Of a stretch of DNA of 52,358 nt, positions 36,044-45,654 are shown in pieces. The DNA is taken from positions 1 to 52,358 of the forward strand of contig CAXBQP010000015.1 of NCBI GenBank assembly GCA_963978095.1, read 5' to 3'. The translations under genes were made by a program, and so were the position numbers. The stretch is from an uncultured bacterium. Its GTDB lineage: Bacteria; Gemmatimonadota; Gemmatimonadetes; Gemmatimonadales; Gemmatimonadaceae. Below the pieces are notes generated by a model. That model saw only the letters and a program-made list of their open reading frames with translations. It did no database searches and was not told the DNA's origin. Each line of letters begins with the position of its first letter. Positions within the stretch are counted from its first letter, which is position 1.

Positions 36044-37771
36044 CTACGGCACCTGCCGCGGGACCACATAGAAGTTCTCGTCCACACGGAAGTCGCCCGG
36101 ATTCCCGAGTTTCACCGTGGCGGTCTGCCATGCCGTGGTCGGATGGATCAGCGTCATGGCAGGCCAGTCGAGGGTGACGCGCACGGGCATATCGAACCCC
36201 GGCACGACGTCCGCCCAACGATAGCGCAACGTATCACCGCTGATCGAGTACTCGAACGCGGGCACCATCGCCGTGCGCAGGTACTGGTCGAACACCTTGT
36301 CGAGCTTCACACCCGTCTCGCGCGTGAAGAAGGCCTCCACCTGCGCGCCGGTCACCGTCTGGTGCCAGAAAGTCGTGTTCATCCCCGTGAGGATGCGGCG
36401 CCACTTCTCGTCATCGTTCACCAGCTGACGGATCGTGTGCAGCATCTCGCCGCCCTTGGGATACATGTCCCCGGAGCCCTGATCATTCACGTTGTACGCC
36501 GGGATGATCGGACGGTCGTTCCGGATGCCGCGGCGGTTCCCGATGATGTAGCGCGCGCCGGCATCCTTCCCCGCCAGGCACTCGGTGTAAATGCCCTCGG
36601 CGTAGTTCGCGAAACTCTCGTGCACCCACATGTCGGCGTTGTCCTTGGCGGTGACGTTGTTGCCGAACCACTCGTGCGCACTCTCGTGGACGATGATGAA
36701 GTCCCATTGGAAGCCGAGCCCAGTGCCCGAGCTCTCGCGTTTGCGATAGCCATTGGCGAACCAATTGCCGTAGGAGACCGCACTCTGGTGCTCCATCCCG
36801 GTGTTGGGCACCTCAATCAGCTTGTAGCCGTCCTCGTACCACGGATACGGTCCAAACCAGTGTTCGAAGCAGGCGAGCATGGAGCGTACTTGCGGCCACT
36901 GGCGGTGCGCGGCGGCGAGATTGTAATCGAGTGGCCAGTAATCGACGCTGAGTGGCCCCTTCAGCCCGTTGTAGCTCTCGGCATAGTGCGCGTAGTTCCC
37001 CGCCGCGACGGCGATGGCGTAGTTGTTGATGGGATTCTTCACGAACCACTCGTAGGTGGTCGTACCGTCCGCATTCTTTCGGGTGCTGCGCAGGCGCCCG
37101 TTGGAGACATCCTGCAACGCGGACGGCACCGTGAGCGCCACACGCTGCGAATCCGGTTCGTCGGCTTGGGTGTCCTTGTTCGGCCACCACACGGACGCGC
37201 CCATGCCCTGATCGGTCGTCACGATCCACGGTCGGCCAAGGCTGTCCGTGGTCCAGGTGAACCCCCCTTGCCACGGTGGATTCCGGGCAATCTGCGGCTT
37301 GCCGTGGTAGTAGACGGTGATCGTCTTCTGCGTGCCGGCACTTGGCGCGCGGGGCAGCGCCGCGAAGAATGCGGCTCCCTCGCGGCGATACGGGATGGCG
37401 TTCCCGTCTTGCCGCATGGAATCCACCACCAGCGGCTCCATGAGGTCCACCTGCAACTCGCGCTCGGGCGTGAGCACGGTGTAGGTCATGGCGTTGTACC
37501 CGGACACGCTGCTGTCCGCAGGGTTCACCCGCACATGCAAGTCGTAGAAGGTCACGTCCCACCAGCGGCGACTCGGCGTCGTGTACGAGCCACGCAAGGT
37601 GTCGGCGCGCGACGACTTGGGGACGTATGGCACACGTGGGGCGCGGGCCGCGCTGATGACCGTGTCGGGGCGCGCCACGCTCCCTGTGGAACGCTGGGCC
37701 GCGGCGGGTGCCGGGACGACAGCGGCACCTGCAACAACGGCAAGAACGACGACGGCAGTGATGCGGCGCAT
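36044..37771 (-). CDS. Secreted M1-family Zn aminopeptidase
   Basis: GMEHQ (GAMEN-like), HESAHEWFGN...WVHESFA.Y and MY.KG..MLH; signal peptide. Confidence 0.92.
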   Translation of the reverse strand: MRRITAVVVLAVVAGAAVVPAPAAAQRSTGSVARPDTVISAARAPRVPYVPKSSRADTLRGSYTTPSRRWWDVTFYDLHVRVNPADSSVSGYNAMTYTVLTPERELQVDLMEPLVVDSMRQDGNAIPYRREGAAFFAALPRAPSAGTQKTITVYYHGKPQIARNPPWQGGFTWTTDSLGRPWIVTTDQGMGASVWWPNKDTQADEPDSQRVALTVPSALQDVSNGRLRSTRKNADGTTTYEWFVKNPINNYAIAVAAGNYAHYAESYNGLKGPLSVDYWPLDYNLAAAHRQWPQVRSMLACFEHWFGPYPWYEDGYKLIEVPNTGMEHQSAVSYGNWFANGYRKRESSGTGLGFQWDFIIVHESAHEWFGNNVTAKDNADMWVHESFANYAEGIYTECLAGKDAGARYIIGNRRGIRNDRPIIPAYNVNDQGSGDMYPKGGEMLHTIRQLVNDDEKWRRILTGMNTTFWHQTVTGAQVEAFFTRETGVKLDKVFDQYLRTAMVPAFEYSISGDTLRYRWADVVPGFDMPVRVTLDWPAMTLIHPTTAWQTATVKLGNPGDFRVDENFYVVPRQVP

Positions 37772-37798
37772 GAGGGGGCCTGATCCGTGGGATGACTC

Positions 37799-37877
37799 GA
37801 GCGTTCGTAACGTGCCTGAACTTACGGACGCTCATGGGCTAGCGTCCAGCGCGTGCGGAAGCCACAGGCTGGACGCT
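37799..37877. other. Two adjacent hairpins with related stems in the M1 peptidase upstream region
   Basis: GAGCGTTCGTAA / TTACGGACGCTC (37799-37833) and AGCGTCCAGC / GCTGGACGCT (37841-37877). Confidence 0.55.
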
Positions 37878-37898
37878 TGGGATCACCGCATCGGCGAC

Positions 37899-39089
37899 TC
37901 AGGGACGGCGATGCGCTGACCGTCCTTCGCCCTTCTGATCGTCGCGCGTCGTCGCTGGTGCCTTGTCGCTCGGCCCTGGCTTCGCAGGCTTCTCCGTACC
38001 ACCACGCGGTGCAGCTTCAATCACCGGGCGCGGGGGGACGACCACCGTCGGACGCCGCGTCATGTACGGTGGCGGAAAATACATGCGTGAGGCGACCACC
38101 ACGGTGAATCCGTCGCGCCACTCGTAACAGGCGCGTCGAACATAGCGTACATAGGCCACTTCCCGATCACCGATCAGAAAGCGGATCGGTCCCATGCGCG
38201 CGGCCACGAACATGTGCGACGCGCGGCCGCCGAGCTGTATCATTCCGCCCCAGCCGGCACCGACGATTTCGTAGCGCAGATGCATGAGCGCGGGCCCCTG
38301 ATTCAACACCACGAAACGTCCGTCGCACTCATAGCGCACTTCAATGGGCTCGATCACCGTGATCGGTGGCGGGCCCGCGGTGATGACGGTCGGTTCAACG
38401 GTCGCGGATGGATTTTCGATGCGGTCACCCGATGGACGGCCCCCGGCGCTGGTCATCGCACCGGCATTCATGCGGCCACCCACGACATCGCCCCAGCAAC
38501 GGGCGGTGCCACGGACCGCATCCGTCGCCGAGGGATCACTCGCGGCACGTGCATAGGCGAGACGCGCATCATCGTACGCCTGTTGCGGCATGCTGTTCGG
38601 TGCGCCGCGGAGCGATGTCACACGTTCCGTGGCGCTGCAGGAGTTGGCGGTGTAGCCCTGCAACGGTCCGGCGACCTCGGTGTTCGGGGCCAGCAATCCC
38701 GAAAGCAACCACATGGTCCGCAAGCGCATCCCCGGGGATGCCTCGCGGGCCGATACCACCGTTTCATACGCCGTCACCAGCGCTGGCGCGAACCACCCGT
38801 CGAGCATCCCGGCCAGCGCATCAAGACGCCCGGGATCGGTCTCTTGGCGCACGATCGGCGACTGCAGCACGCCGGCGATCACCGTTGCGCCGCGCGAGCC
38901 GCACGAGGTGAGCACCATGAAATCGTTCCATCCTTCCGTGCCTGGCGCGGGTAATGGCTTCTCGAGCACGCCACGCGCGGCGCGGTCGCAGGTCGCGCCG
39001 GAACCGTCCTGCGCCATCACGGGAATCGCCGTGAACGCGAGCACCAGCGTCGCCGCCCGCACTGTGTGGAACATCGTCGAAGTGGTCAT
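37899..39089 (-). CDS. Secreted hypothetical protein
   Basis: GGAGG upstream of ATG 39089; signal ending VMA-Q; no recognised family. Confidence 0.65.
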   Translation of the reverse strand: MTTSTMFHTVRAATLVLAFTAIPVMAQDGSGATCDRAARGVLEKPLPAPGTEGWNDFMVLTSCGSRGATVIAGVLQSPIVRQETDPGRLDALAGMLDGWFAPALVTAYETVVSAREASPGMRLRTMWLLSGLLAPNTEVAGPLQGYTANSCSATERVTSLRGAPNSMPQQAYDDARLAYARAASDPSATDAVRGTARCWGDVVGGRMNAGAMTSAGGRPSGDRIENPSATVEPTVITAGPPPITVIEPIEVRYECDGRFVVLNQGPALMHLRYEIVGAGWGGMIQLGGRASHMFVAARMGPIRFLIGDREVAYVRYVRRACYEWRDGFTVVVASRMYFPPPYMTRRPTVVVPPRPVIEAAPRGGTEKPAKPGPSDKAPATTRDDQKGEGRSAHRRP

Positions 39090-39264
39090 CGGTAGCCTCC
39101 AAGGTCTGCCTTCCATACCCCAAGGTTCCGTTCCGGTGCCGTGCGGCCTCTGGACACGGGTTGTCCTCGTTTTTGGACACCTGCCATTGTGCATTTCCGG
39201 CTTTGGCGACAACGTTGCTCCACACTCCGCGCCGAACGCCCCGGCGACCTCTCACCCCTTCCCC

Positions 39265-40596
39265 GTGACCGAGCGACAGCCTTCCCTCCTCCGTGTCCTC
39301 GGCGTCGCGTTCGGCGTCGCGATTCTCGTCGGGAACACCATCAGCGTTGGCATCCTCCGCACCCCGGGAGATATCGCCGCCGCCCTCCCGAGCACGCCGT
39401 GGTTCCTGGGCGTCTGGATCGCCGGGGGCCTCTACGCGATGCTGGGCGCTCTCACGCTCGCGGAACTGGCGGTCATGATTCCGCAGTCTGGCGGCAACTA
39501 TGTGTTCGCACGGCGGGCGCTGGGTGAGTATCCGGGTTTCGTGATCGGGTGGACCGACTGGCTCAGCTCCTCCGCAGCGACCGCCGCATCGGCCATCGCC
39601 TTCGGGGAGGTCGTCGCGCGGAGCTTTCCGGCGATCGGCGTCCCGCAGACGACGACAAGCATCCTTGCCGTGATGCTGTTCACCGCGGTGCAGTGGCCCG
39701 GCGTCAAGCAGAGTGATCGTTCACAACAACTGCTGAGCGTCATCAAGGTCGCCGCCCTCTTGACGGTGGCACTGGCAGGACTCGCGAGCACAGGATCCAC
39801 GACCGGGTCGACCATCACGCCGGTGGCACTCCCGACGGGGACGGCATTCGTCACCGCGCTCATCGTCGTGTTTCAAAGCGTGCTCTACACCTATGATGGC
39901 TGGAATGGGGTCACCTACTTCGGCGGGGAGATCCAGAACCCCGGCTCGCAGATTCCGCGCGCGATGGCGTACGGCGTGCTCGCCGTCGTGGTCGTGTACC
40001 TGGGACTCAACCTCGCCTTCGTGCACGTGCTCGGCATCCACGGTCTCGCGGGCGCCAAGTTCGCAGCCTCGGATGCCGCGCACGTCATGTTCGGCCCGCG
40101 CGGCGAGCAGATCGTGCAGGGCGTCACGGCCATCAGCGCGCTGGGGGGAATCAACGCGATCTTGATGCTCGCCTCGCGCATTCCCTATGCGATGGCCCGT
40201 GACGGCCTGCTCCCGGGTGCCGTTGCCCGCGTGAATGTCGGAGGGACACCGGTGGGCGCACTCGCGGCCACCTCCCTGGTCTGCATCGCCCTCATCACCT
40301 CCGGCAGCTTCAATACCGTCCTGGCGCTCGCCGCTTTCTTCTACGTCCTGCAATACGCGGTGAACTTCAGCGCGGTGTTCATGCTGCGACGCACCGAACC
40401 GGACACTCCCCGTCCGTACCGTGCCTGGGGATATCCGGTGGTCCCGGGGATCGTGCTCATCGGTGCGCTCGCGTTCCTCATCGGCAGCTTCACCGGGGAC
40501 TATGAGAACACCATGCGCTCGGTCATCGTGATCGCGATCAGCGTTCCCGTGTACCTGGTCGCGCGTCGAATCCTGCGAGGGGGAGCCCCGACCTGA
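39265..40596 (+). CDS. APC-family amino-acid permease
   Basis: L.R.LG...G.AI.VG.TI..GI, ELA.MIP.SGG.YV, YDGW, GEI.NP, SRI.YAMARDGL and RPYRAWGYP. GTG start inferred. Confidence 0.9.
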   Translation: MTERQPSLLRVLGVAFGVAILVGNTISVGILRTPGDIAAALPSTPWFLGVWIAGGLYAMLGALTLAELAVMIPQSGGNYVFARRALGEYPGFVIGWTDWLSSSAATAASAIAFGEVVARSFPAIGVPQTTTSILAVMLFTAVQWPGVKQSDRSQQLLSVIKVAALLTVALAGLASTGSTTGSTITPVALPTGTAFVTALIVVFQSVLYTYDGWNGVTYFGGEIQNPGSQIPRAMAYGVLAVVVVYLGLNLAFVHVLGIHGLAGAKFAASDAAHVMFGPRGEQIVQGVTAISALGGINAILMLASRIPYAMARDGLLPGAVARVNVGGTPVGALAATSLVCIALITSGSFNTVLALAAFFYVLQYAVNFSAVFMLRRTEPDTPRPYRAWGYPVVPGIVLIGALAFLIGSFTGDYENTMRSVIVIAISVPVYLVARRILRGGAPT

Positions 40597-40725
40597 TCCA
40601 CCTCCCGAGGCCGGGGATTCCGCAGGATTCGCCCCCCCGCCCTCGCGGACCTCGTGTCTTCGCCCCATTTTCCACGTGTTGCGCCCTACGTTTCGCAGCG
40701 CTCGAGACCTCACGGAGAACGCCCG

Positions 40726-42387
40726 ATGACCCTGTCGCACCTGCTTCGTCGCACCGCCGCCGCTGTCGCGGTCGCGGCCGCGCTCGCCCCCTCGCTCTCG
40801 GCCCAAGGCCGAGGCGGTTCCGGCGCCGCCGATTCGATCAAGTACAAGTACGCCACCACCCCGCAGCTCGATAAGTACAAAGACGAGATTGCGCGCGAAG
40901 TCGACGCCAAGGCCAAGATGATCCAGGAGATGGTGGATCAGGTCTTCTCCTTCGGTGAGCTCGGCATGCAGGAGTTCGAGACCAGCAAGTACCTCACCGG
41001 CATCCTCGAGCAGAACGGCTTCAAGGTCGAGCGCGGCGTGGCGGGGATCCCCACCGCCTTCGTCGCCCGCTGGAGCAGCGGCTCCGGCAGGCCGGTGATC
41101 TCGCTGGGCTCGGACATTGACGATATCCCGCAGGCGAGCAACAAGCCCGCCGTCGGCGCGCACGAGCCGCTGGTGGCCGGCGCGCCGGGGCATGGCGAAG
41201 GCCATAACGCCGGCGTCCCGCTCAACATCGCCGCCGCCCTCGTGGTCAAGAAGATCATGGAGCGCGACCATCTCAGCGGCACCATCGAACTCTGGCCCGG
41301 CGTCGCCGAAGAACAGATGGCCGGCAAGGCATTCCTCGTGCGCGCCGGCGTCTTCAAGAATGTGGACGCGGTGCTCTTCACCCACGTCGGCAACGATCTC
41401 GGCGTCAGCTGGGGTCAGAGCAGCAGCAACGCCCTGATCTCCGCGATCTTCAAGTTCAGGGGCGAGAGCGCTCACGCCGCCGGCGCTCCCTGGCGCGGCA
41501 AGAGCGCGCTCGACGCGGTGATGCTCATGGCGAACGCGTGGGAGTTCCACCGCGAGCACATGGAACTGCCGCAGCGGTCGCACTATGTGATCCCTGATGG
41601 CGGCGACCAGCCGAACGTCGTGCCGATCACCAGCAGCATCTGGTTCTATTTCCGCGAGCGCGACTACGATCGCACCATGAAGATGTTCGACGACGCCAAG
41701 AAGATGGCCCAAGGCGCCACGATGATGACCGGCACCAAGCTCGACACGGTCATGATGGTCGGCTCGGGCTGGAGCGGACACTTCAGCCGTCCGATCGCCG
41801 AAGCGATGTACGCCAACATCCAGAAGGTCGGCATGCCGAAGTGGGATGACAACGACCAGGCGCTCGCCAAGGCCCTGCAGCGTGAACTCGGCGTGCGCGA
41901 AACGGGGCTTTCCTCCACGGGCGGCCGCCTTGGCGGCCCCGTGAACGAAGCGACGCGCATGGGTGGTGGCTCCGACGATATCGGCGACGTCGCATGGAAC
42001 GTGCCGACGATCACGCTCAACTTCCCGTCGAACATCCCCGGCACTCCAGGCCACAACTGGGCCAACGCCATCGCCATGGCGACGCCGATCGCGCACAAGG
42101 GCGTGGTGGCCGGTGCCAAGGTGCAGGCCATGACGATGATCGATCTGATCCTCACGCCACAGATCGTGGTCGATGCCAAGGACTACTTCGACAACGTCCA
42201 GACCAAGGAGATCAAGTACAAGCCCTTCATCGCGCCGACCGATCAGCCGCCGATCTGGCTCAATGCCGACATCATGGCCAAGTATCGCGACCAGATGAAG
42301 AAGTACTACTATGATCCCAAGAAGTACAAGACGTACCTCGAGCAGCTCGGCATCACGTATCCGACCGTGAAGAAGATCCTGCAGTAA
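40726..42387 (+). CDS. Secreted M20-family amidohydrolase (AbgB-like)
   Basis: FGELGMQEFETS, GIPTAF.A, GHGEGHN, AEE, HAAGAPWRGKSALDA, GG.QPNVVP, GSDD.GDV.W.VP and PIAHKG; GGAG upstream. Confidence 0.88.
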   Translation: MTLSHLLRRTAAAVAVAAALAPSLSAQGRGGSGAADSIKYKYATTPQLDKYKDEIAREVDAKAKMIQEMVDQVFSFGELGMQEFETSKYLTGILEQNGFKVERGVAGIPTAFVARWSSGSGRPVISLGSDIDDIPQASNKPAVGAHEPLVAGAPGHGEGHNAGVPLNIAAALVVKKIMERDHLSGTIELWPGVAEEQMAGKAFLVRAGVFKNVDAVLFTHVGNDLGVSWGQSSSNALISAIFKFRGESAHAAGAPWRGKSALDAVMLMANAWEFHREHMELPQRSHYVIPDGGDQPNVVPITSSIWFYFRERDYDRTMKMFDDAKKMAQGATMMTGTKLDTVMMVGSGWSGHFSRPIAEAMYANIQKVGMPKWDDNDQALAKALQRELGVRETGLSSTGGRLGGPVNEATRMGGGSDDIGDVAWNVPTITLNFPSNIPGTPGHNWANAIAMATPIAHKGVVAGAKVQAMTMIDLILTPQIVVDAKDYFDNVQTKEIKYKPFIAPTDQPPIWLNADIMAKYRDQMKKYYYDPKKYKTYLEQLGITYPTVKKILQ

Positions 42388-42411
42388 TCACGGCGCCGTG
42401 TGTGCCTGACA

Positions 42412-42445
42412 GAAGCGCCGCCGCCCCATGGGGCGGCGGCGCTTC
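42412..42445. terminator. 34-bp perfect palindrome between convergent genes (bidirectional terminator-like)
   Basis: GAAGCGCCGCCGCCCCATGGGGCGGCGGCGCTTC equals its own reverse complement. Confidence 0.7.
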
Positions 42446-42457
42446 GAACAGCGGCGG

Positions 42458-43750
42458 CTACTTCCGATACGTCGGCGGCTTGGTCTTGTAGCGCGCCGTC
42501 AACTCCTCCTCGCGCGTCGGCCCCGTGTGCTCCACACCACGTACGAACACATGTTCCGCCTGCGACGCGAACTCGAACGGATCCCCGCTCCACACCACCA
42601 CATTCCCCTCACGCCCCATCTGCAAGGTCCCGACCTTGTCGGCCACGCCGAAGGTCTCCGCCGGTGAGAGGGTGATCGCACGCAACGCCTCATCCCACGA
42701 CATCCCGTAGGCCACCGCATTCCCCGCTTCGTACCGGATATTGCGCGCGTTGAAGTTGTTCTCACCACCGCCGCCGTTCCCGATGAGCGACACATGCACG
42801 CCGGCCGCGCGCAGGATGGCCGCATTTTCCTGCCGGCTTCCGAGCGTGTTGAATGACGTCGGAATGTTGTTCATCGCGCCGACCATCACCGGCACCTTGG
42901 CCGCGGCAAGCTCCTTCGCCACTTGCCACGCTTCCGCACCACCGACGACGACGATCTTGATGGCCATGTCCCGCGCCAACGCCATCGCGGCGCGAATGTC
43001 CGATGCGCGGTCGGCATCGATCGCGAGCGGCATCTTGCCACTCACCACCGGCTGCAGCGCCTCAAGCTCGGCGCGCGAGGCGACGAAGGTGCGGGTCGCA
43101 CCGTTCTCGAAGGCTGCCTTCCGCAGTGCGAACGTCTTCGCGTCTCCCAAGAGCTCGCGCAACTTTCCCTGCATCTCGGCGCGTGACTCCGTGCCGCCAC
43201 CGATCTCGGCGAGCATCGCCACGGGCCCACGCACGGTCATCGCCACCACACTTTCGCCGGCGAGATCCACCACCCCCGCGCGCCCGTTCACCAGCAGCCC
43301 GGTGCCCGGCCACACGACCGCAGTCGTCACGCCGTCGCGACGCGTTTGCGCAATGAAGGTCGAAGCGGGATTCATCCCCATCCACGCGCTGAAGCTCGCC
43401 GCAACCCCCTTCTCACCCTTGGCGCGCGCGTCATTGTAGCCGCCACTCTGCGCCGGCACATTGCCCTCGGAGAGTCCGAGCGCTGTGGATGCGTTGAAGA
43501 GACCCGGTGTGACCCACTTGCCCGTGGCATCGATCTGCCTGGCGCCCGCCGGAATCGCGACATTCGCGCCGACCGCGACGATCGTGCCATCACGGATCAC
43601 CACCGTTCCCTTCTCGATCTTGGGTCCACTCACCGGATAGACGGTACCGCCGGTGATGGCGATCGTCTGCGCCTGTGCGCTCGTCGCGAGCACCAGCGAA
43701 CCGAGGAGCATTGCGCCGAACATCGCGCGCGTCATCTGAACGGTCCGCAT
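42458..43750 (-). CDS. Secreted amidohydrolase-fold protein lacking the usual metal ligands
   Basis: IDATGKWVTPGLFNAST (HxH absent), GVTTA, ALRAITL.PA..FG...KVGTL..G...VVWSGDPF; TGATG overlap with the upstream paralog. Confidence 0.8.
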   Translation of the reverse strand: MRTVQMTRAMFGAMLLGSLVLATSAQAQTIAITGGTVYPVSGPKIEKGTVVIRDGTIVAVGANVAIPAGARQIDATGKWVTPGLFNASTALGLSEGNVPAQSGGYNDARAKGEKGVAASFSAWMGMNPASTFIAQTRRDGVTTAVVWPGTGLLVNGRAGVVDLAGESVVAMTVRGPVAMLAEIGGGTESRAEMQGKLRELLGDAKTFALRKAAFENGATRTFVASRAELEALQPVVSGKMPLAIDADRASDIRAAMALARDMAIKIVVVGGAEAWQVAKELAAAKVPVMVGAMNNIPTSFNTLGSRQENAAILRAAGVHVSLIGNGGGGENNFNARNIRYEAGNAVAYGMSWDEALRAITLSPAETFGVADKVGTLQMGREGNVVVWSGDPFEFASQAEHVFVRGVEHTGPTREEELTARYKTKPPTYRK

Positions 43751-45192
43751 CACTTGTTCCCTCCCATGTTCGCGGGCACGAAACCGAGCTCGAAGTCGGT
43801 GCGCCATTGCTGTTTCGGATCCATCCGGTCAAAGAGCATGGCCCCGTCGATCCACACCTTCTCCGCCCTCGTATAGATGCTGAAGGGGTTCCCGCTCCAG
43901 AGCACCACATCCGCATTCTTTCCCGGCACGAGCGACCCGATCTTGTCGTCGAGCCCCAGCGCCCATGCCGGATTGATCGTCAGCCAGCGGATCGCATCCT
44001 CCTCGTTCACCGAGATCCCGGCCGCGCGTCCCGCCGCCACGGCCTTGGCCGCCTCCTGATTCAAGCGCTGCGATCCGGAGGGGTCATCCGAGTGTACGAT
44101 CGCCTTGCCACCGGCCGCCTGCACGATGGCGAGATTCGCGCGGACACCGTCCATCATCTCCATCTTGCCCCCGCCCCAGTCGGCCCAGAGCGAGGCGCCG
44201 ATCCCTTCCTTAGCGAGCACATCGGCGATCTTGAACGCCTCCACGCCGTGATGGAACGAACGGATCTGATAGCCGAACTCCTTGGCCACGTCGATCATCT
44301 GCAGCATCTCGTCGGCCATGTAGCAGTGATTGTGCACGAGGATGTTCCCGCGCAGCACCTCGGCCAGCGTCTCCAAACCCAGATCACGCTGCGGCGGATC
44401 GCCGACACGCGTCGAGAGCCAGTTGTCCCACCGGCGCCGATACGCCTCGGCGTTGATCCACGCCGCACGATCGCCCGCAATGTTCCCCATGCGCGTCGCC
44501 GGTCCGCGTGCCTGATACACGCGCATCGGATTCTCGCCGCACGCCATCTTCAGCCCGTACTTCGCGCCCGGGAACTTCATCTCCTGCACCGAACGTCCCG
44601 GCACCACCTTGAGCACCACGCTGCGTCCGCCGATCAGGTTGCCGGAACCCGGCAACACCTGGATCGTCGTCACGCCACCCGCCAAGTTCCGCGGGAACTG
44701 CGGATCCTGCGGCCACACCGAGTGCTCGACCCACACATTGGCGGTCACCGGATTCGTGAGTTCGTTCGCGCCGGTGCGCGCAAAGCCGCCGGGCGCGGCG
44801 TTCGCTCCCAGGTGCGAGTGATCATCCACGATCCCGGGGGTCACGTACTTCCCCGTGCCGTCAATCACCACGGCATCACTCGGCGCATTCACCGTCGCAC
44901 CCACCTCCGCCACTTTTCCGTTACGGAGCAGGATTGCGCCATTCTTGATGAGCGGGCCCGCCGCCGTGTAGATGTTCACATTGCGGATCACCGTCGTCCG
45001 CGAAGCGAAGGGCTTGTAGGTGCTGGGGAATGGATCTGCGTTGGGGAGTGACAGCGCGCCGGCACCGGGGGTCGCGATCGCCCGCGCCGGAGCGGTGGGA
45101 GCGGCGGCTGTGGCGCCCGCTGGGGGCGTGTTCTGGGCGACGACCGGGGTCGCGGCCAGCACGAACAGGAACGGCGAGATGCGGAATCGCAT
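43750..45192 (-). CDS. Secreted metal-dependent amidohydrolase (imidazolonepropionase-like superfamily)
   Basis: VTPGIVDDHSH, GGVTT...LPGS.NL.GG, KMACGENP, HNHCY, FHHG, HSDD and GSL.PGK.AD.VLWSG.PFS. Confidence 0.88.
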   Translation of the reverse strand: MRFRISPFLFVLAATPVVAQNTPPAGATAAAPTAPARAIATPGAGALSLPNADPFPSTYKPFASRTTVIRNVNIYTAAGPLIKNGAILLRNGKVAEVGATVNAPSDAVVIDGTGKYVTPGIVDDHSHLGANAAPGGFARTGANELTNPVTANVWVEHSVWPQDPQFPRNLAGGVTTIQVLPGSGNLIGGRSVVLKVVPGRSVQEMKFPGAKYGLKMACGENPMRVYQARGPATRMGNIAGDRAAWINAEAYRRRWDNWLSTRVGDPPQRDLGLETLAEVLRGNILVHNHCYMADEMLQMIDVAKEFGYQIRSFHHGVEAFKIADVLAKEGIGASLWADWGGGKMEMMDGVRANLAIVQAAGGKAIVHSDDPSGSQRLNQEAAKAVAAGRAAGISVNEEDAIRWLTINPAWALGLDDKIGSLVPGKNADVVLWSGNPFSIYTRAEKVWIDGAMLFDRMDPKQQWRTDFELGFVPANMGGNK

Positions 45193-45259
45193 GAGCAGAC
45201 GCTCGTGGTGAGTGGTGGGTGGGGAGAACATATCCCACCTCGCGTCACTCCGCGACTGC

Positions 45260-45589
45260 TCAATCCACGATGAACAACCTCGCACCGCCCACCGTGGTCG
45301 AGCGATGCGCCATCGTGCCGTCCCCCACGTGATAGCTCATCCCAGCCGTCAATCGAACCGTACGCCCATCGGCCAGCTCGGTATCCAGGACGCCATCGAG
45401 CACGAGCAGGATATGCCCCTTTTCGCACCAGTGATCGGCACGATAGTCCGACGAATATTCGACCATCCGCACCCGGATCGCCCCGTACTGCTGGGTGCGC
45501 CAATGCGCGACCCCCGTCTCGCCCCGGTGAACGGTCGGCGTGACCGCGCTCCAGTCCACCGTCCCGAAGGGTATATCAGTCATCTGCAT
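45260..45589 (-). CDS. DHCW-motif cupin-fold protein
   Basis: IPF..VDW, GETG.A.WR, RVRMVEYS..Y.ADHWCEKGH and GMSY.V.D...HRS. Confidence 0.88.
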   Translation of the reverse strand: MQMTDIPFGTVDWSAVTPTVHRGETGVAHWRTQQYGAIRVRMVEYSSDYRADHWCEKGHILLVLDGVLDTELADGRTVRLTAGMSYHVGDGTMAHRSTTVGGARLFIVD

Positions 45590-45654
45590 ACGAAGAACGT
45601 TAGAGCCCGTATCGGCAACAGGGGAGTCTGGAACCGTCGTTACCTTTCCTCGTC

